A DNA stretch of 64,000 nt from an uncultured candidate division Zixibacteria bacterium (lineage in GTDB: Bacteria > Zixibacteria > MSB-5A5 > GN15 > PGXB01): NCBI GenBank assembly GCA_963702205.1, contig OY969724.1, positions 2,528,001 through 2,592,000 of the forward strand. The letters are read 5' to 3'. The notes beneath the pieces were generated by a model. The model was not told the origin of the DNA. It did not search any database and was given only the letters and a program-made list of their open reading frames with translations. Position 1 is the stretch's first letter. Each line of letters starts with the position of its first letter. Positions 28,951 through 39,635 of this stretch are shown here, one piece after another. The translations under genes were made by a program, and so were the position numbers.

Positions 28951-31233
28951 TTAATATTCCGCTAACGTTTTTGCCTGGTTGACGACTTTGGAAACCGACG
29001 GCAGACAGGCTTCGTCGCCGTCGATGCCATATGCCACCCGGCTGTCGAGCGCCGTTAACAGCTGAATCGGGGCATCGAGATAATCGAACATATTACGGGC
29101 GATATAAGCCGAAATGGTCGGCCCGACGCCGCCGTGGAAACGGTCCTCGGATACAATCAATATGCGGGCACAATCATCGACCGCTTTCTCGATTGCCTCC
29201 CAGTCGATCGGCTTGACGGTTCGCAGATCGACCACACGGGCTTTTATGCCCTGATCCGATAAAATATCGGCGGCTTTGAGTGAGATCGGCAGCGTGATGC
29301 CATAGCTGATAATGGCCAGGTCGGTCGCGTCTTCATTATAAACGGTGGCTTTGCCGAACGGAATCAACTGATCCAGCGGCGGATATTTGGCGAGAATATT
29401 GTGACCATCCCAATCGCGGCGGTTATACAGTGCCACCGCTTCGCAAAACAGTACCGGGTCGCCGGAAACATACGCTGTTCGCATCAATCCGGCGGCATCG
29501 GCGGCGTTGGTGGGAATCACTACATCAAGGCCGGGGATATTGATAAAACTCCCGAGGTTGGCTTCCGAGTGCCACATCGCACCCGCGCCTTGTTTATAGC
29601 CGCCATACGACGTTCTGATGACCATCGGCAGCGGATAGTGCGTGTTAGAGCGTTGGTATGTCGTCGCGATGCGGTCTTTCAACTGCTGATAGCCCGGGCT
29701 CATATAATCTATAAACTGAATTTCCGGAAAGGGTACGCGGCCCTGATAGGCATGGCCGATCGCACGGCCAAGAATTCCGGCTTCGTCCAAAGGTGTATTG
29801 AAGACGCGGTCGGGCCCGAAAGCGCGCTGAAGGTGCTGCGTAACAAGGAATACGCCGCCTTTGCCACGCAGCTTGCTCATAACTTTTTCGCCTTTGATAA
29901 AGGTCTCTTTTGGGAAATCCGCGACGTCCTCGCCGAATAAGACGGCGCTTTCGGACATGATGAAAATATCGAACAAGGTATAATTGATGGCCTTTCGCAT
30001 CGACATGGGAGGGAGGTTCTCGGGAAGGTCGGGGCTTTCGACCAAACCGGCGTCGTGAAATTTCCTATAAAGCCTTTCGCGTTTGCCCGAGCCGTCGCTT
30101 ATAATTTTGGCCCAGCGCTCTTCAGCGGTTTCGTGATTGTAGGCATAGACTTTGCCGGTGATGTCTTCTATCGTTTTGTAATGAATATCTGAGCAGACTT
30201 CCGCCGAAGTATGTTTGACTTCTTCATCTATTTCATCAAATAAATCCAGTATTTCCTTAACAGCCATTATGTTATCTTTGACAAAAGTAGCCGCCGTTTT
30301 TATCAGGGGGTCATTGTCGACGTGCCATTTTTGTTTATCGAGTTCCATATAATGAGCCTGGTCGTCCGACCCGGAATGAGACTCCAGCCGTACCACGGAA
30401 ATATTGGCAATCGATGGTCCCTTGCCGGAATTGACATAATCGTAGATTTCGCGGAAGTGCTTGATTGAATCCTTGATATCGGTGCCGTCGAAGTTGGCGA
30501 TTTTCAGCCCGAATCTTTGGAAGCCTTCGAACGACGTGGTTGGGTTGCCTTCGGGAAACTGCTCTTCGACACTGGTGGCGATGGCCCAGCCGCAGTTGTA
30601 AATATTAAAGACGTTTTTTGTTTTATTAAACGCCGAATAGAAGACGGCCCGGTGGAATTCGGGCGACGACGTCGCTCCTTCGCCAATGGCGCACAGCACG
30701 ACCGCATCCGGCCGGAACCGGCCGCCGTCGACACCAACCGGCCCTTTAATCGGGGTTGGATTTTTTAAAGCGTCGCCCAATCCGGCCGCTTCAAGCGCGT
30801 GCGATCCGGTCGGGGAGGCCTGAGGGAGGATAAATTTGTCTGGGTATGACGAATGCGACGCCTGCAGCATACCACCGGTCGATTCGGAACGGACGTCACC
30901 GACCGCTTCGAGTATTTTCTGGCGTATTGAGACGCCCCGGTGCATGTCGAAGGCTTTGTTACGATAATAACCGACGAAAGGATCGTCGGGTGCGGCAATT
31001 TGAGCCGAAACCACGTCGACAAGCTCCTTGCCGCCACAGCCAATAAAAAATTTGCAGACGCCTTTTCTGAGCAATAATTTTTCTTCGTGCTCGATTCTCC
31101 GAGCCAGAAGCATCGATTTATACATTCCGACAAGATCGGCTTTCTTCAAACCACCGTATCCGGATAAGTCAGCCTTGCCTTTGGCCGGTTGTTTTATCTT
31201 GCTGACGAATTCCCTGACATCGAAATATCCCAA
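28951..31233 (-). CDS. Fused alpha/beta E1 component of a 2-oxoacid (probably branched-chain) dehydrogenase
   Basis: GEGATS ThDP motif, RL.SHS.SDDQ..Y, FGEDVA..GGVF, RVFNTPLDEAGI, EIQFIDY, HSE, VVDLRT.KP.D. Confidence 0.9.
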   Translation of the reverse strand: MGYFDVREFVSKIKQPAKGKADLSGYGGLKKADLVGMYKSMLLARRIEHEEKLLLRKGVCKFFIGCGGKELVDVVSAQIAAPDDPFVGYYRNKAFDMHRGVSIRQKILEAVGDVRSESTGGMLQASHSSYPDKFILPQASPTGSHALEAAGLGDALKNPTPIKGPVGVDGGRFRPDAVVLCAIGEGATSSPEFHRAVFYSAFNKTKNVFNIYNCGWAIATSVEEQFPEGNPTTSFEGFQRFGLKIANFDGTDIKDSIKHFREIYDYVNSGKGPSIANISVVRLESHSGSDDQAHYMELDKQKWHVDNDPLIKTAATFVKDNIMAVKEILDLFDEIDEEVKHTSAEVCSDIHYKTIEDITGKVYAYNHETAEERWAKIISDGSGKRERLYRKFHDAGLVESPDLPENLPPMSMRKAINYTLFDIFIMSESAVLFGEDVADFPKETFIKGEKVMSKLRGKGGVFLVTQHLQRAFGPDRVFNTPLDEAGILGRAIGHAYQGRVPFPEIQFIDYMSPGYQQLKDRIATTYQRSNTHYPLPMVIRTSYGGYKQGAGAMWHSEANLGSFINIPGLDVVIPTNAADAAGLMRTAYVSGDPVLFCEAVALYNRRDWDGHNILAKYPPLDQLIPFGKATVYNEDATDLAIISYGITLPISLKAADILSDQGIKARVVDLRTVKPIDWEAIEKAVDDCARILIVSEDRFHGGVGPTISAYIARNMFDYLDAPIQLLTALDSRVAYGIDGDEACLPSVSKVVNQAKTLAEY

Positions 31234-31364
31234 AATGTCCTCCTGACATTATCTATAGTCCTATCAAGTTTTTATGAATTTAAAAGAATTTAAACTCAAT
31301 TGCAAGAACGGTTGAGAAAAGCCAAAGTTCCCTATGGATCGCGATATGGCCTTGCGGCAATTCC

Positions 31365-31398
31365 AAAAAAATAGGAGGCATTGAAAACAATGCCTCCT
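31365..31398 (-). terminator. Terminator after the gluzincin gene
   Basis: AGGAGGCATTG-AAAA-CAATGCCTCCT hairpin with a minus-strand T7 tract. Confidence 0.85.
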
Positions 31399-31422
31399 GT
31401 ACGATTCTATAATATCATTCCG

Positions 31423-34400
31423 TTATGGACAAGTCAATTCGCCGGTCTGATTGTAAACGACGCCTATTAAAGCGAGAATATCAATCAGATCTACATTGCC
31501 GGATGAATCGACGTCGGCGGCGTTCATATAAACCGGCGGATCGCCTGCGTTGTACACAAAGCCAATAACGAGCAGAATATCCACGAGATTGACCGCGCCG
31601 TCATCGTCGGCATCGCCGCAGACGAAGGCAGGATTAATCTCAATGGTCAGCGCCTTGGTGTCGACTCCGCCGACCTCGTCGGTCGCCTGCGCGGTGAATT
31701 CGACCGTGCCATACATTGACGGCGTGCCGGACAGGAGCCCGTCGGTACCCAGCGCCAGGCCGGTACCATCGAGGTCGTTATTGAGATCCGCCCAAACGAG
31801 ACCGCCCGTGCCGCCCTCGGCCACAAGCTGCTCGGAATAAGCATCATCCTGCTTGGCGGTTGGAAGTGTCTCAGTCGTGATCGCGACGGCCGGATTGACA
31901 CCAAGACCCAATGCCTTTTCCTGGCTTGAGCCGATAGCATCGGTGACTTCGGCCGTAAAGCTGATCGGTCCCGCCTGAGTCGGAACACCGGTTACTGATC
32001 CGTCGGAGTTCAGGGTCAACCCGGTTGAGGCGAGGTCGCCGTTTTTGTCGGTAAACGTAAGTTCACCGGTGCCGCCCGTCGCGGCTATTGACTGCGAGAA
32101 ATCAACGCCAACTGTCCAATCGGATAGAGCGTCGGTGGTAATTTCGATCGCGGGATTAATATCGAAACTAAGACTCTTTTCGCCGAGAGCCCCGAGGTCA
32201 TCGGCAACTTCAACGGTGAAAGCTATGGTCCCGGTTTGAGTCGGGGTGCCAGAAATGGTACCGTCGGTACCGAGCGCCAATCCGGTCGGAACCAAGTCGT
32301 CGTTTTTGTCCGAAAAGACGAGCGTGCCGGTGCCACCGGCAGCCACGATGGCCTGTGAGTAGGCCATATCGACGGTCCAGTCGGGCAGATCGGCCGTGGT
32401 CACGCTAATCGCGGCGTTGATGGTCATGCTCATGGCCTTTTCGGAACTGGCGCCGACCTGATCGGTCGCCATGGCCGTGAAGTTAACCGGCCCTGCTGAA
32501 GTCGGTGTTCCGGAAAGCACACCAGTGGCGGAAAGTGTCAAACCGGAGCCGTCAAGGGACGAAGTCTTATCGGACCAGTCTATGTCGCCGGTACCGCCGG
32601 TGCAGATCAGCTGTTCGGAAAACGCCAGACCGGCCGTCCAGTCGGGAAGAGTGGTTGAGGTTATAACAATGGCCGGGTTGACCGTGAAGCCCAGGCCGGC
32701 TTCATTGCCCGATCCAACCTGGTCAAACGCTTCCGCGGTAAAGCTGATAGCGCCATCGGAAGCGGGTGTGCCGGATAAGAGACCTCCGGCCGAAAGCGTC
32801 AGACCCGTGCCGTCCAGATCGCCGTTCTTGTCGTTCCACGTAATCGCACCGGTCCCGCCGGAGGATTCCAGTTGTACGGACATTTCGTGTCCGGCCGTCC
32901 AGTCGGGAAGAGTCGCGGTCGTAACTAGTACTCCGGCGTTGATAGTGAAGCTGAACGGTTTTTCCGCAGTCGCCTTGCTTTCATCAGCAACCTGAGCCGT
33001 GAAGCTGACGGTTCCGGCCGCGGCCGGTGTTCCGGACAGGAGACCGTCGGTCGACAGAGACAGTCCGGTTCCGGCGAGGTCGCCGTCTTTGTCGGTCCAG
33101 GTCATGGTTCCGACGCCGTTATTGGCGGTTAACTGCTGCGAATAAGCGATGCCTTCGGTCCAGTCGGGGACGGATTCGGTCGCGACTTCGAGCTGCGGAT
33201 TAACCTCGCAGGTATAAGCCGAAACTTCGACGTTGTCGATGTTCCAGCCGCAATACTGCCAGGAACCATCGCTCGTGCCCATCGTCCAGCGCAGATAGAC
33301 GGTCGGCTGGCCGTCAGCGTACGATGATATATCGAATTCAATCGGCACCCAGGCGCCGTCATAAATCGTGGCGTCGTTCTGCCAGATTGTCGTCCAGCTG
33401 GTACCGTTGGTACTGATGCGAACATAAGCGTGATCGTACAGCGGTTGCTCGACACCGAGCCAGCGCTGGAATTTAAGAGTGGTGCCGGCCATGCCGGAAC
33501 AATCGATAGCCGGGGTCGTAATGTGGCGCTCCGGCATATTGCTCTGGTAGTCGCCGTTTAAGTTGTAGCCCATGACGTTGCTGCCCTGATAGGCACTCGA
33601 CGGATCGGGACCACCGTGGTCGCCGCCCCCGCCGGTCGGAGTGCCGCGAGCCCAGGAGCCGCCTGACGATACCCAGCCCTGATCGGTTTCAAAATCATCA
33701 TAAAAGGCCATCGCGACGTCGGTCGCCACAACTGCCGAATAGCTGCTGCCGATATCGGGGTTATAATCTATCTGAGCGCTTTGAGTCTCGGCGCTGAAAT
33801 AAAAGCGGACGATGGTGTTGCAGTCCTGTCCGGGAATGATGGCGTCGTAATCGTCGGCGCCCGTGACAACCATCGGGACGCTCGTGAAGCTTCCGCCGTT
33901 AACCGAATAGTACAACAAACCCGAACCGGTTTGATGAACTTCGGCACCGATGCCCGTGACGTTTACCTGGACCGTTTCCGGACGGTTGGGATAGAGAATA
34001 CCCGGGAGACCGTTCGGGAAGGCAAAATCGAGCAGGTCGAGTTCGGGAGCGTCCATATTGTGGGCGCCGAATCCGGCTGCGATTTCATAATAGTGCGGTG
34101 TCCCGTTGGAAATGTTTCCATCGTTGTCGTCCAGAGTCAGGAAATCGATCGTGATCTGCGGCGTAATCTGGCTGCCGGTATGGAGCAGGATGCTGTTGAC
34201 AGTCAGGTTTTTCATTATGTCGAGATAATCGCGGATATTAGCGGCAACCAGCGCATTCCGGGTATCCCAGATACAGGCCGATAAAAGTTGCGCGCAGTCA
34301 TGATCATCGCTCGTGCAGGGGTACTGATAATTATTATCGGCCGTGCGCAGCGACTGGGTGCAGTTACCGTAGAAGCCCAGACCGAGTCGGTAGTCATCGG

Positions 34401-35790
34401 ACATCACGACCGACATGCAGTCACCCATACCCTCGCCGTACTGGCCCTGGCCGCTTCCGGCCATATTGACCAGGTGATGGCCATACTCATGGTGAATGAC
34501 CGACGACCAGGCGGTATTAGGATAGCCGCTTCCGGATTTGCACAAATTCAGAGACTCGTCGCCGGGATCGTACCAGGCGTTGCCCGGGCAATATCCGTCG
34601 GTGCGGTTGGTATAAACCGGGAATTCCGAAATGCTGGCACCGGGATAGGACGGATTGAAATGTACCACCATGCTGCGTTCGACATTGGCTTCATAATACG
34701 CATTTGTTTGCGCCCGCACGGTTTCGGAATTATTATCGGAGTTAAATGTGAACACAGCCGGGCCCGGGGGAGGGACAGTGTCGGTTAAAACCAGATCCGT
34801 GCCGGTATAATGGTATACACGGAAAAATTGTCCTCTAAGTTGGGCCTGAACGATAACGTCGCTCGTGCCGCCGTTGGGAATCGTGGCGTTGCCGTACTGG
34901 TCGGTATAGGCGGTCGTCCCGCCGATATTGACGCGCATGAACGGCAAACTTTTGGAGATTTCCGGTTCGCACTGCTCGGAACCGGGCATTTGTGTCACTA
35001 AACCATCGACGTTGGTTTCGACGTCTTCGAATATAATTAGATTTTCTTCATACAGAATTTCGCCGGTCTTGCTGTCGACGACAAACAGGTAGCGTTCCGG
35101 GAAGTCAGATGAACCGTTGAACTTGACCGCCATGCGCGGAGCTTCACGCTTGTCTTCGATTCCTGCCCAGATAACCGTCTCCTGTTCCGTGAAATCGGTT
35201 AGTGAAGTGTATCGCGCCCGGACCGCATCAAGAGCGACATTACTCTGGACACCGATCAGGCCGGGATCGGGCTGGAAGTCGCCCAGTTCATGAATGCTCG
35301 ACGACGCCAGTACCAGCGGGTAGTTGTTTTCGTTGCGAACCAAAAGGCGCAGTTCCGAACCGAAGACCGGAATGCCGTCTACTTCATGAGAATAGTAGTA
35401 CATCTCGAATTTGTAATCGCCGGTGGTTTCGTCGTACATCACCGGTTGATCGGCCCTTTTATCTCCCGTGCGGCTGCCAGGAACCAGGACGTCCGGCGTC
35501 ACGCCGAAAATGTCGGAATGTTCCTGAACGAATTGATTTGCGGTAGCTTCGGGTGATGAACCGTGACCGAAAGCCTGACCGTACAGCCGCGTCACCTGCG
35601 GGCCGGAACGAAAGGCCTTGACACCGGGGTTAGATTGTTTTAGCTCGTTGAGAGCGCGGGTTTTTTGATAGTTCGATGCATCGAAGGTTTTGCCCGATGT
35701 ATCGGCTATTGCTCCGGACGCAATCAGCACCGTCGCGATCAGAAGCAAACCCAGGGACCTGAGAAGTGCAATACCTCTTGTGGAATTCAT
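31423..35790 (-). CDS. Secreted M4/M36-like gluzincin metallopeptidase: propeptide, catalytic domain, jelly-roll domain, six putative Ig (He_PIG) repeats, C-terminal dockerin-type domain
   Basis: Signal peptide; FTP/PepSY-like Y..EVDGIPVFG and VVDSKTGEIL; NAWY; HEYGH-x14-EGMGD; (L)SGTP repeats; CGDAD..NLVDI tail. Confidence 0.82.
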   Translation of the reverse strand: MNSTRGIALLRSLGLLLIATVLIASGAIADTSGKTFDASNYQKTRALNELKQSNPGVKAFRSGPQVTRLYGQAFGHGSSPEATANQFVQEHSDIFGVTPDVLVPGSRTGDKRADQPVMYDETTGDYKFEMYYYSHEVDGIPVFGSELRLLVRNENNYPLVLASSSIHELGDFQPDPGLIGVQSNVALDAVRARYTSLTDFTEQETVIWAGIEDKREAPRMAVKFNGSSDFPERYLFVVDSKTGEILYEENLIIFEDVETNVDGLVTQMPGSEQCEPEISKSLPFMRVNIGGTTAYTDQYGNATIPNGGTSDVIVQAQLRGQFFRVYHYTGTDLVLTDTVPPPGPAVFTFNSDNNSETVRAQTNAYYEANVERSMVVHFNPSYPGASISEFPVYTNRTDGYCPGNAWYDPGDESLNLCKSGSGYPNTAWSSVIHHEYGHHLVNMAGSGQGQYGEGMGDCMSVVMSDDYRLGLGFYGNCTQSLRTADNNYQYPCTSDDHDCAQLLSACIWDTRNALVAANIRDYLDIMKNLTVNSILLHTGSQITPQITIDFLTLDDNDGNISNGTPHYYEIAAGFGAHNMDAPELDLLDFAFPNGLPGILYPNRPETVQVNVTGIGAEVHQTGSGLLYYSVNGGSFTSVPMVVTGADDYDAIIPGQDCNTIVRFYFSAETQSAQIDYNPDIGSSYSAVVATDVAMAFYDDFETDQGWVSSGGSWARGTPTGGGGDHGGPDPSSAYQGSNVMGYNLNGDYQSNMPERHITTPAIDCSGMAGTTLKFQRWLGVEQPLYDHAYVRISTNGTSWTTIWQNDATIYDGAWVPIEFDISSYADGQPTVYLRWTMGTSDGSWQYCGWNIDNVEVSAYTCEVNPQLEVATESVPDWTEGIAYSQQLTANNGVGTMTWTDKDGDLAGTGLSLSTDGLLSGTPAAAGTVSFTAQVADESKATAEKPFSFTINAGVLVTTATLPDWTAGHEMSVQLESSGGTGAITWNDKNGDLDGTGLTLSAGGLLSGTPASDGAISFTAEAFDQVGSGNEAGLGFTVNPAIVITSTTLPDWTAGLAFSEQLICTGGTGDIDWSDKTSSLDGSGLTLSATGVLSGTPTSAGPVNFTAMATDQVGASSEKAMSMTINAAISVTTADLPDWTVDMAYSQAIVAAGGTGTLVFSDKNDDLVPTGLALGTDGTISGTPTQTGTIAFTVEVADDLGALGEKSLSFDINPAIEITTDALSDWTVGVDFSQSIAATGGTGELTFTDKNGDLASTGLTLNSDGSVTGVPTQAGPISFTAEVTDAIGSSQEKALGLGVNPAVAITTETLPTAKQDDAYSEQLVAEGGTGGLVWADLNNDLDGTGLALGTDGLLSGTPSMYGTVEFTAQATDEVGGVDTKALTIEINPAFVCGDADDDGAVNLVDILLVIGFVYNAGDPPVYMNAADVDSSGNVDLIDILALIGVVYNQTGELTCP
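31630..33195 (-). repeat. Six tandem ~88-aa He_PIG/Ig-like coding repeats
   Basis: Recurring PDWT...GG.G...W.DK.GDL.GTGL.L...G.LSGTP...G...FTA. Confidence 0.85.
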
Positions 35791-35940
35791 ACGTTTCTCC
35801 GGGTGTTTATTAATATGTTAGTTGATTATTTTTCTAAACAATAGCATCAGCCCTCAATGAGTCCCGAGCTTAATAATCCCCTCCGAATAAAGGGTCTGGC
35901 GAGTATCCAATCAATTCACGCAGGCCTTATAAGTTAGTAA

Positions 35941-35968
35941 AATATAATAAAATAGCTCGACATGTCAA
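35941..35968 (-). promoter_or_regulatory. Putative sigma70 promoter of the gluzincin gene
   Basis: Minus strand TTGACA-N16-TATATT. Confidence 0.6.
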
Positions 35969-36013
35969 CCTAAAATACAGTCCATTATGAGATTATAAAA
36001 CCGGTATTGCAAC

Positions 36014-36054
36014 AAAAAAATAAAAAAACGGCGACTAAATTGGTCGCCGTTTTT
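36014..36054 (-). terminator. Terminator after the M14 gene
   Basis: AAAAACGGCGAC-loop-GTCGCCGTTTTT with a long A-run on the plus strand. Confidence 0.85.
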
Positions 36055-36078
36055 ATTGCCTTTAGTGGGACCCAAAAA

Positions 36079-39000
36079 TCAAGGGCAGTTCGGAGCCGGA
36101 CCGGGCGGATCGGAATACACAAAATCGATCAGCCCGAGTATATCAAGAAGATTTACGAACCCATCGGCGTTTATGTCGGCGCTATCGACCGGATCAGGCG
36201 CTTCGCCCGGAGGATCTCCGTAAATATAATCTATTATATATAATATATCGAGCAGGTTGATGAAGGTATCGCCGGTGGCATCGCCGCAGATGAAGGACAC
36301 ATCAACGGCTACGTCGAAAGCGCGTGCATCCGAGCTTCCCACCTGATCACCGGCCAACGCGGTGAAATTGATCGTTCCCGTCGCCAGCGGGGTTCCGGAC
36401 AAAAGACCTTCCGTTGACAAGGCAAGCCCGGTGCCATCAAGGTCGCTGGTAAGATCCAGCCAGGTAATCGTCCCGGTGCCACCGGAAGACGTCAGTTGAT
36501 AGCTGAATGTTTCACCAACGACGGCCGAAGGGATATCAGCCGTGGTTATAGCGACCGGATCATTCAAGGTGAAGCTGCAAGCGGCCTGATCGACACTGCC
36601 GTTGGCGTCGGTGACGCGTGCAATGAATCCGGCTGGGCCGGAACTGGTGGGAGTCCCGGAAAGAAGCCCGTCGCCCGAGAGGCTCAAACCGTAAGACGAC
36701 AGCACACCGGTTTTATCATCCCAAACCAACGGGGCTGTCCCGCCGAGTGCATCGAACTGCACCGAAAGCGCCACGCCCCGGGTCCAATCGGGCACGTCGG
36801 CCGAAGCAACCGAAACCGGCGCATTCACCTTTACGGAAAGAGCTTTTTCCGTCGATGCCCCGGGAACGTCACTTACGACCGCCGTAAAATCGATCGTCCC
36901 GGTCGACGTCGGCGTCCCGGAAATCAAACCGGAAGAGCTTAGAGTTAATCCGCTCCCGGCCAATTGGCTGAATTTATCGCCCCAGGTTTTGGTCCCGGTT
37001 CCGCCGCTGACTTCCAGTTGAAGTGAGTACGGCGATGACTGAGTCGCTTCCGGAAGACTGCTCGGAGTGATTATGGTCAGCGCGTTATTTATGGTGAAGT
37101 TGAACGGCTTTTCACCGGCGGTGCTTTCTTCGTCGACGACTCTGGCGGTGAATGAAATCGGACCCGCTGAGGTGGGTGTCCCCGACAACAGGCCGGACGT
37201 ACTCAACGTCAATCCTGTGCCGGCCAGGCTGCCGTTCTTATCGGTCCAGGTCAATGCCCCGGCGCCACCGTCGGCTTCCAGTTGCTGCGAATACGCTACA
37301 TTGACGGTCCAGTCGGGGAGACCTGGCGTCGTGATCGTAATCGACTTCTGATTGGGCGGGAAGACAACTTTGTCCACCCAGGCACAGTCGCTGCCCGACG
37401 ATGAATAGCTGTCTTTGATATATACCCATTTGAAGGTGTACGTCCCGGGAGAAACATCAAATGATGCTCCGGTCCAGCCGACCTCTCCGGACCATTGTCC
37501 CTTGAGAGTACTGTTTATGTAGAACTTGAAATAATCCCAGCCTAATTCGGACGAAACTTTATAATGGAAAGATATCGAACCGGCGGCGGTTACATCAACC
37601 GTAATCTGCATCGTGGAGGTTTGATTATCGCCAATTGTTCCGGACTTGGCGCAGTACGTACCTTCATACGGCGCTTCGGTGACGACCTGCCAGGGCAGGT
37701 TTCCGGCCGATTGCCAGGAGTACGCCGAGAAATCGCCGGTCTCGAAATTCTCGACCGACTGCCCGACAAACAGGCTGAAATAAATAGTCTCGCTGTAACC
37801 GAGATCGGCGGTGACGTCGAGTCTGAAAGTCACTTCATGATACAAGGGGCAGGAGGAAGAAACATCAAATGCAAATACAGATTGCGACGTTCCGGTTCCG
37901 CCGAGGGCTTGTATCGCGGGGAAGGTCGTTCCGTCCTGATTTATGGTAATGTACGGGTCGGTAGTGGAAATTGTCGCGCTCGTATTGGTCGCATTGCCGG
38001 CGCCATTGTTGACAAGAGTTACATCGATCTGGACATTAATATCGCCGGGGTTGATATCGGGTCCGGAGTACGACAGGTATGCCAAGTCGGGCAGTATGGG
38101 AAGCGGCGTGAGAGCTTCGTTGACGTGGACTGCTGTGAAATCGGTTACCGAAATCGAATACACCGTGTCGACATAATAACCGGGAGCGGAATATTCAATA
38201 TTGTACGTTCCCGGATCGATCATACGGTGATAATCACCGACCGCGGCGTCGCTGTATACTTCGCTCGAATCGAAATCGTGGCCGAGAAGTCGGACTTTGG
38301 CGCGAAGCGGATTGCCGGTCGAGGCGTCGGTGATGATACCCCGGATTCCGTAAAGCGCATTTTCCAGATAATTCAGTAGTGCCGAACGGTTGTAGGTCCA
38401 AAACGATGGCAGTTGGGAACCCGAAGGCAGCTTGGTCGTCGAAATTTCGAGTGTAATTTCTTTGCAGTGATGCCAGTAGTTCATGAAATCCTGCCGACCA
38501 CCCGTTATAGTGTACCACGCGTAGCCGTTGGTAATACCGTTGTTAAGATCGGTCAGATAGCCGCTGGGGCTGTAATGTTGCGCCGTGTCGGCGTAATTCC
38601 GGCAGATATCCATATACCAGCTGTTATCGGCGTGCAGCTTGGAATAAGTATCCCAGGGGTAATTCAAAACTTCGGCGCCCCCGTGGAAATTCGTCGAAAT
38701 AACGAAATTATGATTATCGGCAACGTTCATCATGACAACCGTCTCCGGCTGCCAGGCGTAACCATCGGGATGCTGACCGTCGTCGGGGTCAGGAAAATTC
38801 CTGTTTAAATCGATGCTATTGGCATTATAGCGCTGGGCGCTGCCGACAGTGCTGTTGCCTCCGTGATAAGTACCATCCGGATTAGCCAGCGGATTGATCC
38901 AGATTTCGCAGCTGTCGATGAGGCGGGTCACCAGCGAATCGGAGCCATAACTTGTCAGCAGGGAATCGATCAGGCGGAGCATTAATACATACGCAGTGAT

Positions 39001-39492
39001 TTCATCGCCGTGCATGGAACTGGTGTACATCACTTCCGGCTCGTCTTCATTGACATCGACGTTGTCCGAAATGACGGCGAAAATTATCTGTCGGCCTTCG
39101 GTCGTGTACCCCGCATATTCGAGACGGCAAAGGTCAGGATAATTCGAAGCGAATTGAGACATCATGGCTTCGTACCCGTCGTAGGTCGGGTAGGAGTCCC
39201 AGGCCATTATGTCGGACTTTTCAGACGACATCTTCGGTTTTATCAAAGAACTCGGGGGCGGCAGGGTCGTATAGGTGTACCCCAGCGATTCGAATCTTCT
39301 CAATTCTTCATCGTTGGCGTACGCGTAGACCGTCTTGTCGACCACATTATCGATGGATATGACGCGGGTAAGGAGCTCCAGTTCGTCATGGGATGTAATG
39401 TTAAACTTGAAATATGTCTCTTTGGCCGACGCGGTCGTGGCAAGAACGGCCAGAGACATAATGACCAGCAATAGTATTGCGTTTTTTTTCAT
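36079..39492 (-). CDS. Secreted M14 zinc carboxypeptidase with regulatory-like, jelly-roll, four He_PIG and dockerin-type domains
   Basis: HGDE, NPDG, RYNANSIDLNRNF, NFHGG..NYPWD, WY.ITGGRQD, EITLEIS; CGDAT..NLLDI tail. Confidence 0.93.
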   Translation of the reverse strand: MKKNAILLLVIMSLAVLATTASAKETYFKFNITSHDELELLTRVISIDNVVDKTVYAYANDEELRRFESLGYTYTTLPPPSSLIKPKMSSEKSDIMAWDSYPTYDGYEAMMSQFASNYPDLCRLEYAGYTTEGRQIIFAVISDNVDVNEDEPEVMYTSSMHGDEITAYVLMLRLIDSLLTSYGSDSLVTRLIDSCEIWINPLANPDGTYHGGNSTVGSAQRYNANSIDLNRNFPDPDDGQHPDGYAWQPETVVMMNVADNHNFVISTNFHGGAEVLNYPWDTYSKLHADNSWYMDICRNYADTAQHYSPSGYLTDLNNGITNGYAWYTITGGRQDFMNYWHHCKEITLEISTTKLPSGSQLPSFWTYNRSALLNYLENALYGIRGIITDASTGNPLRAKVRLLGHDFDSSEVYSDAAVGDYHRMIDPGTYNIEYSAPGYYVDTVYSISVTDFTAVHVNEALTPLPILPDLAYLSYSGPDINPGDINVQIDVTLVNNGAGNATNTSATISTTDPYITINQDGTTFPAIQALGGTGTSQSVFAFDVSSSCPLYHEVTFRLDVTADLGYSETIYFSLFVGQSVENFETGDFSAYSWQSAGNLPWQVVTEAPYEGTYCAKSGTIGDNQTSTMQITVDVTAAGSISFHYKVSSELGWDYFKFYINSTLKGQWSGEVGWTGASFDVSPGTYTFKWVYIKDSYSSSGSDCAWVDKVVFPPNQKSITITTPGLPDWTVNVAYSQQLEADGGAGALTWTDKNGSLAGTGLTLSTSGLLSGTPTSAGPISFTARVVDEESTAGEKPFNFTINNALTIITPSSLPEATQSSPYSLQLEVSGGTGTKTWGDKFSQLAGSGLTLSSSGLISGTPTSTGTIDFTAVVSDVPGASTEKALSVKVNAPVSVASADVPDWTRGVALSVQFDALGGTAPLVWDDKTGVLSSYGLSLSGDGLLSGTPTSSGPAGFIARVTDANGSVDQAACSFTLNDPVAITTADIPSAVVGETFSYQLTSSGGTGTITWLDLTSDLDGTGLALSTEGLLSGTPLATGTINFTALAGDQVGSSDARAFDVAVDVSFICGDATGDTFINLLDILYIIDYIYGDPPGEAPDPVDSADINADGFVNLLDILGLIDFVYSDPPGPAPNCP
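36297..37345 (-). repeat. Four tandem He_PIG/Ig-like coding repeats
   Basis: Same repeat consensus as in 31630..33195. Confidence 0.8.
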
Positions 39493-39595
39493 AAATTCAA
39501 CCCTGCCTGCTGTTAAGTCATAGTTCGGTCAAAGCTCCGGATTATTTATGTCCCTCCTTTACGTACCTACCACAGAATTCCGGGGCAAAGGCAAA

Positions 39596-39622
39596 GCGGG
39601 GGACGATCGTTCCGTCCCCCGC
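39596..39622 (-). terminator. Hairpin after the gingipain gene (weak U-tract; read-through into M14 is plausible)
   Basis: GCGGGGGACG...CGTCCCCCGC, followed by TTTGCC on the minus strand. Confidence 0.5.
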
Positions 39623-39635
39623 GCGTTATTCCAAA

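Noticed and set aside
31630..37345. Recurring nucleotide repeats resembling an array
   Set aside because: Degenerate ~260-nt in-frame coding repeats (He_PIG), not CRISPR; no cas genes.
39580..39625. GGCAAA/GCAAAG words suggestive of a c-di-GMP-I riboswitch
   Set aside because: Wrong strand relative to the genes and no P2 GNRA/P3 architecture; a simple hairpin explains the region.
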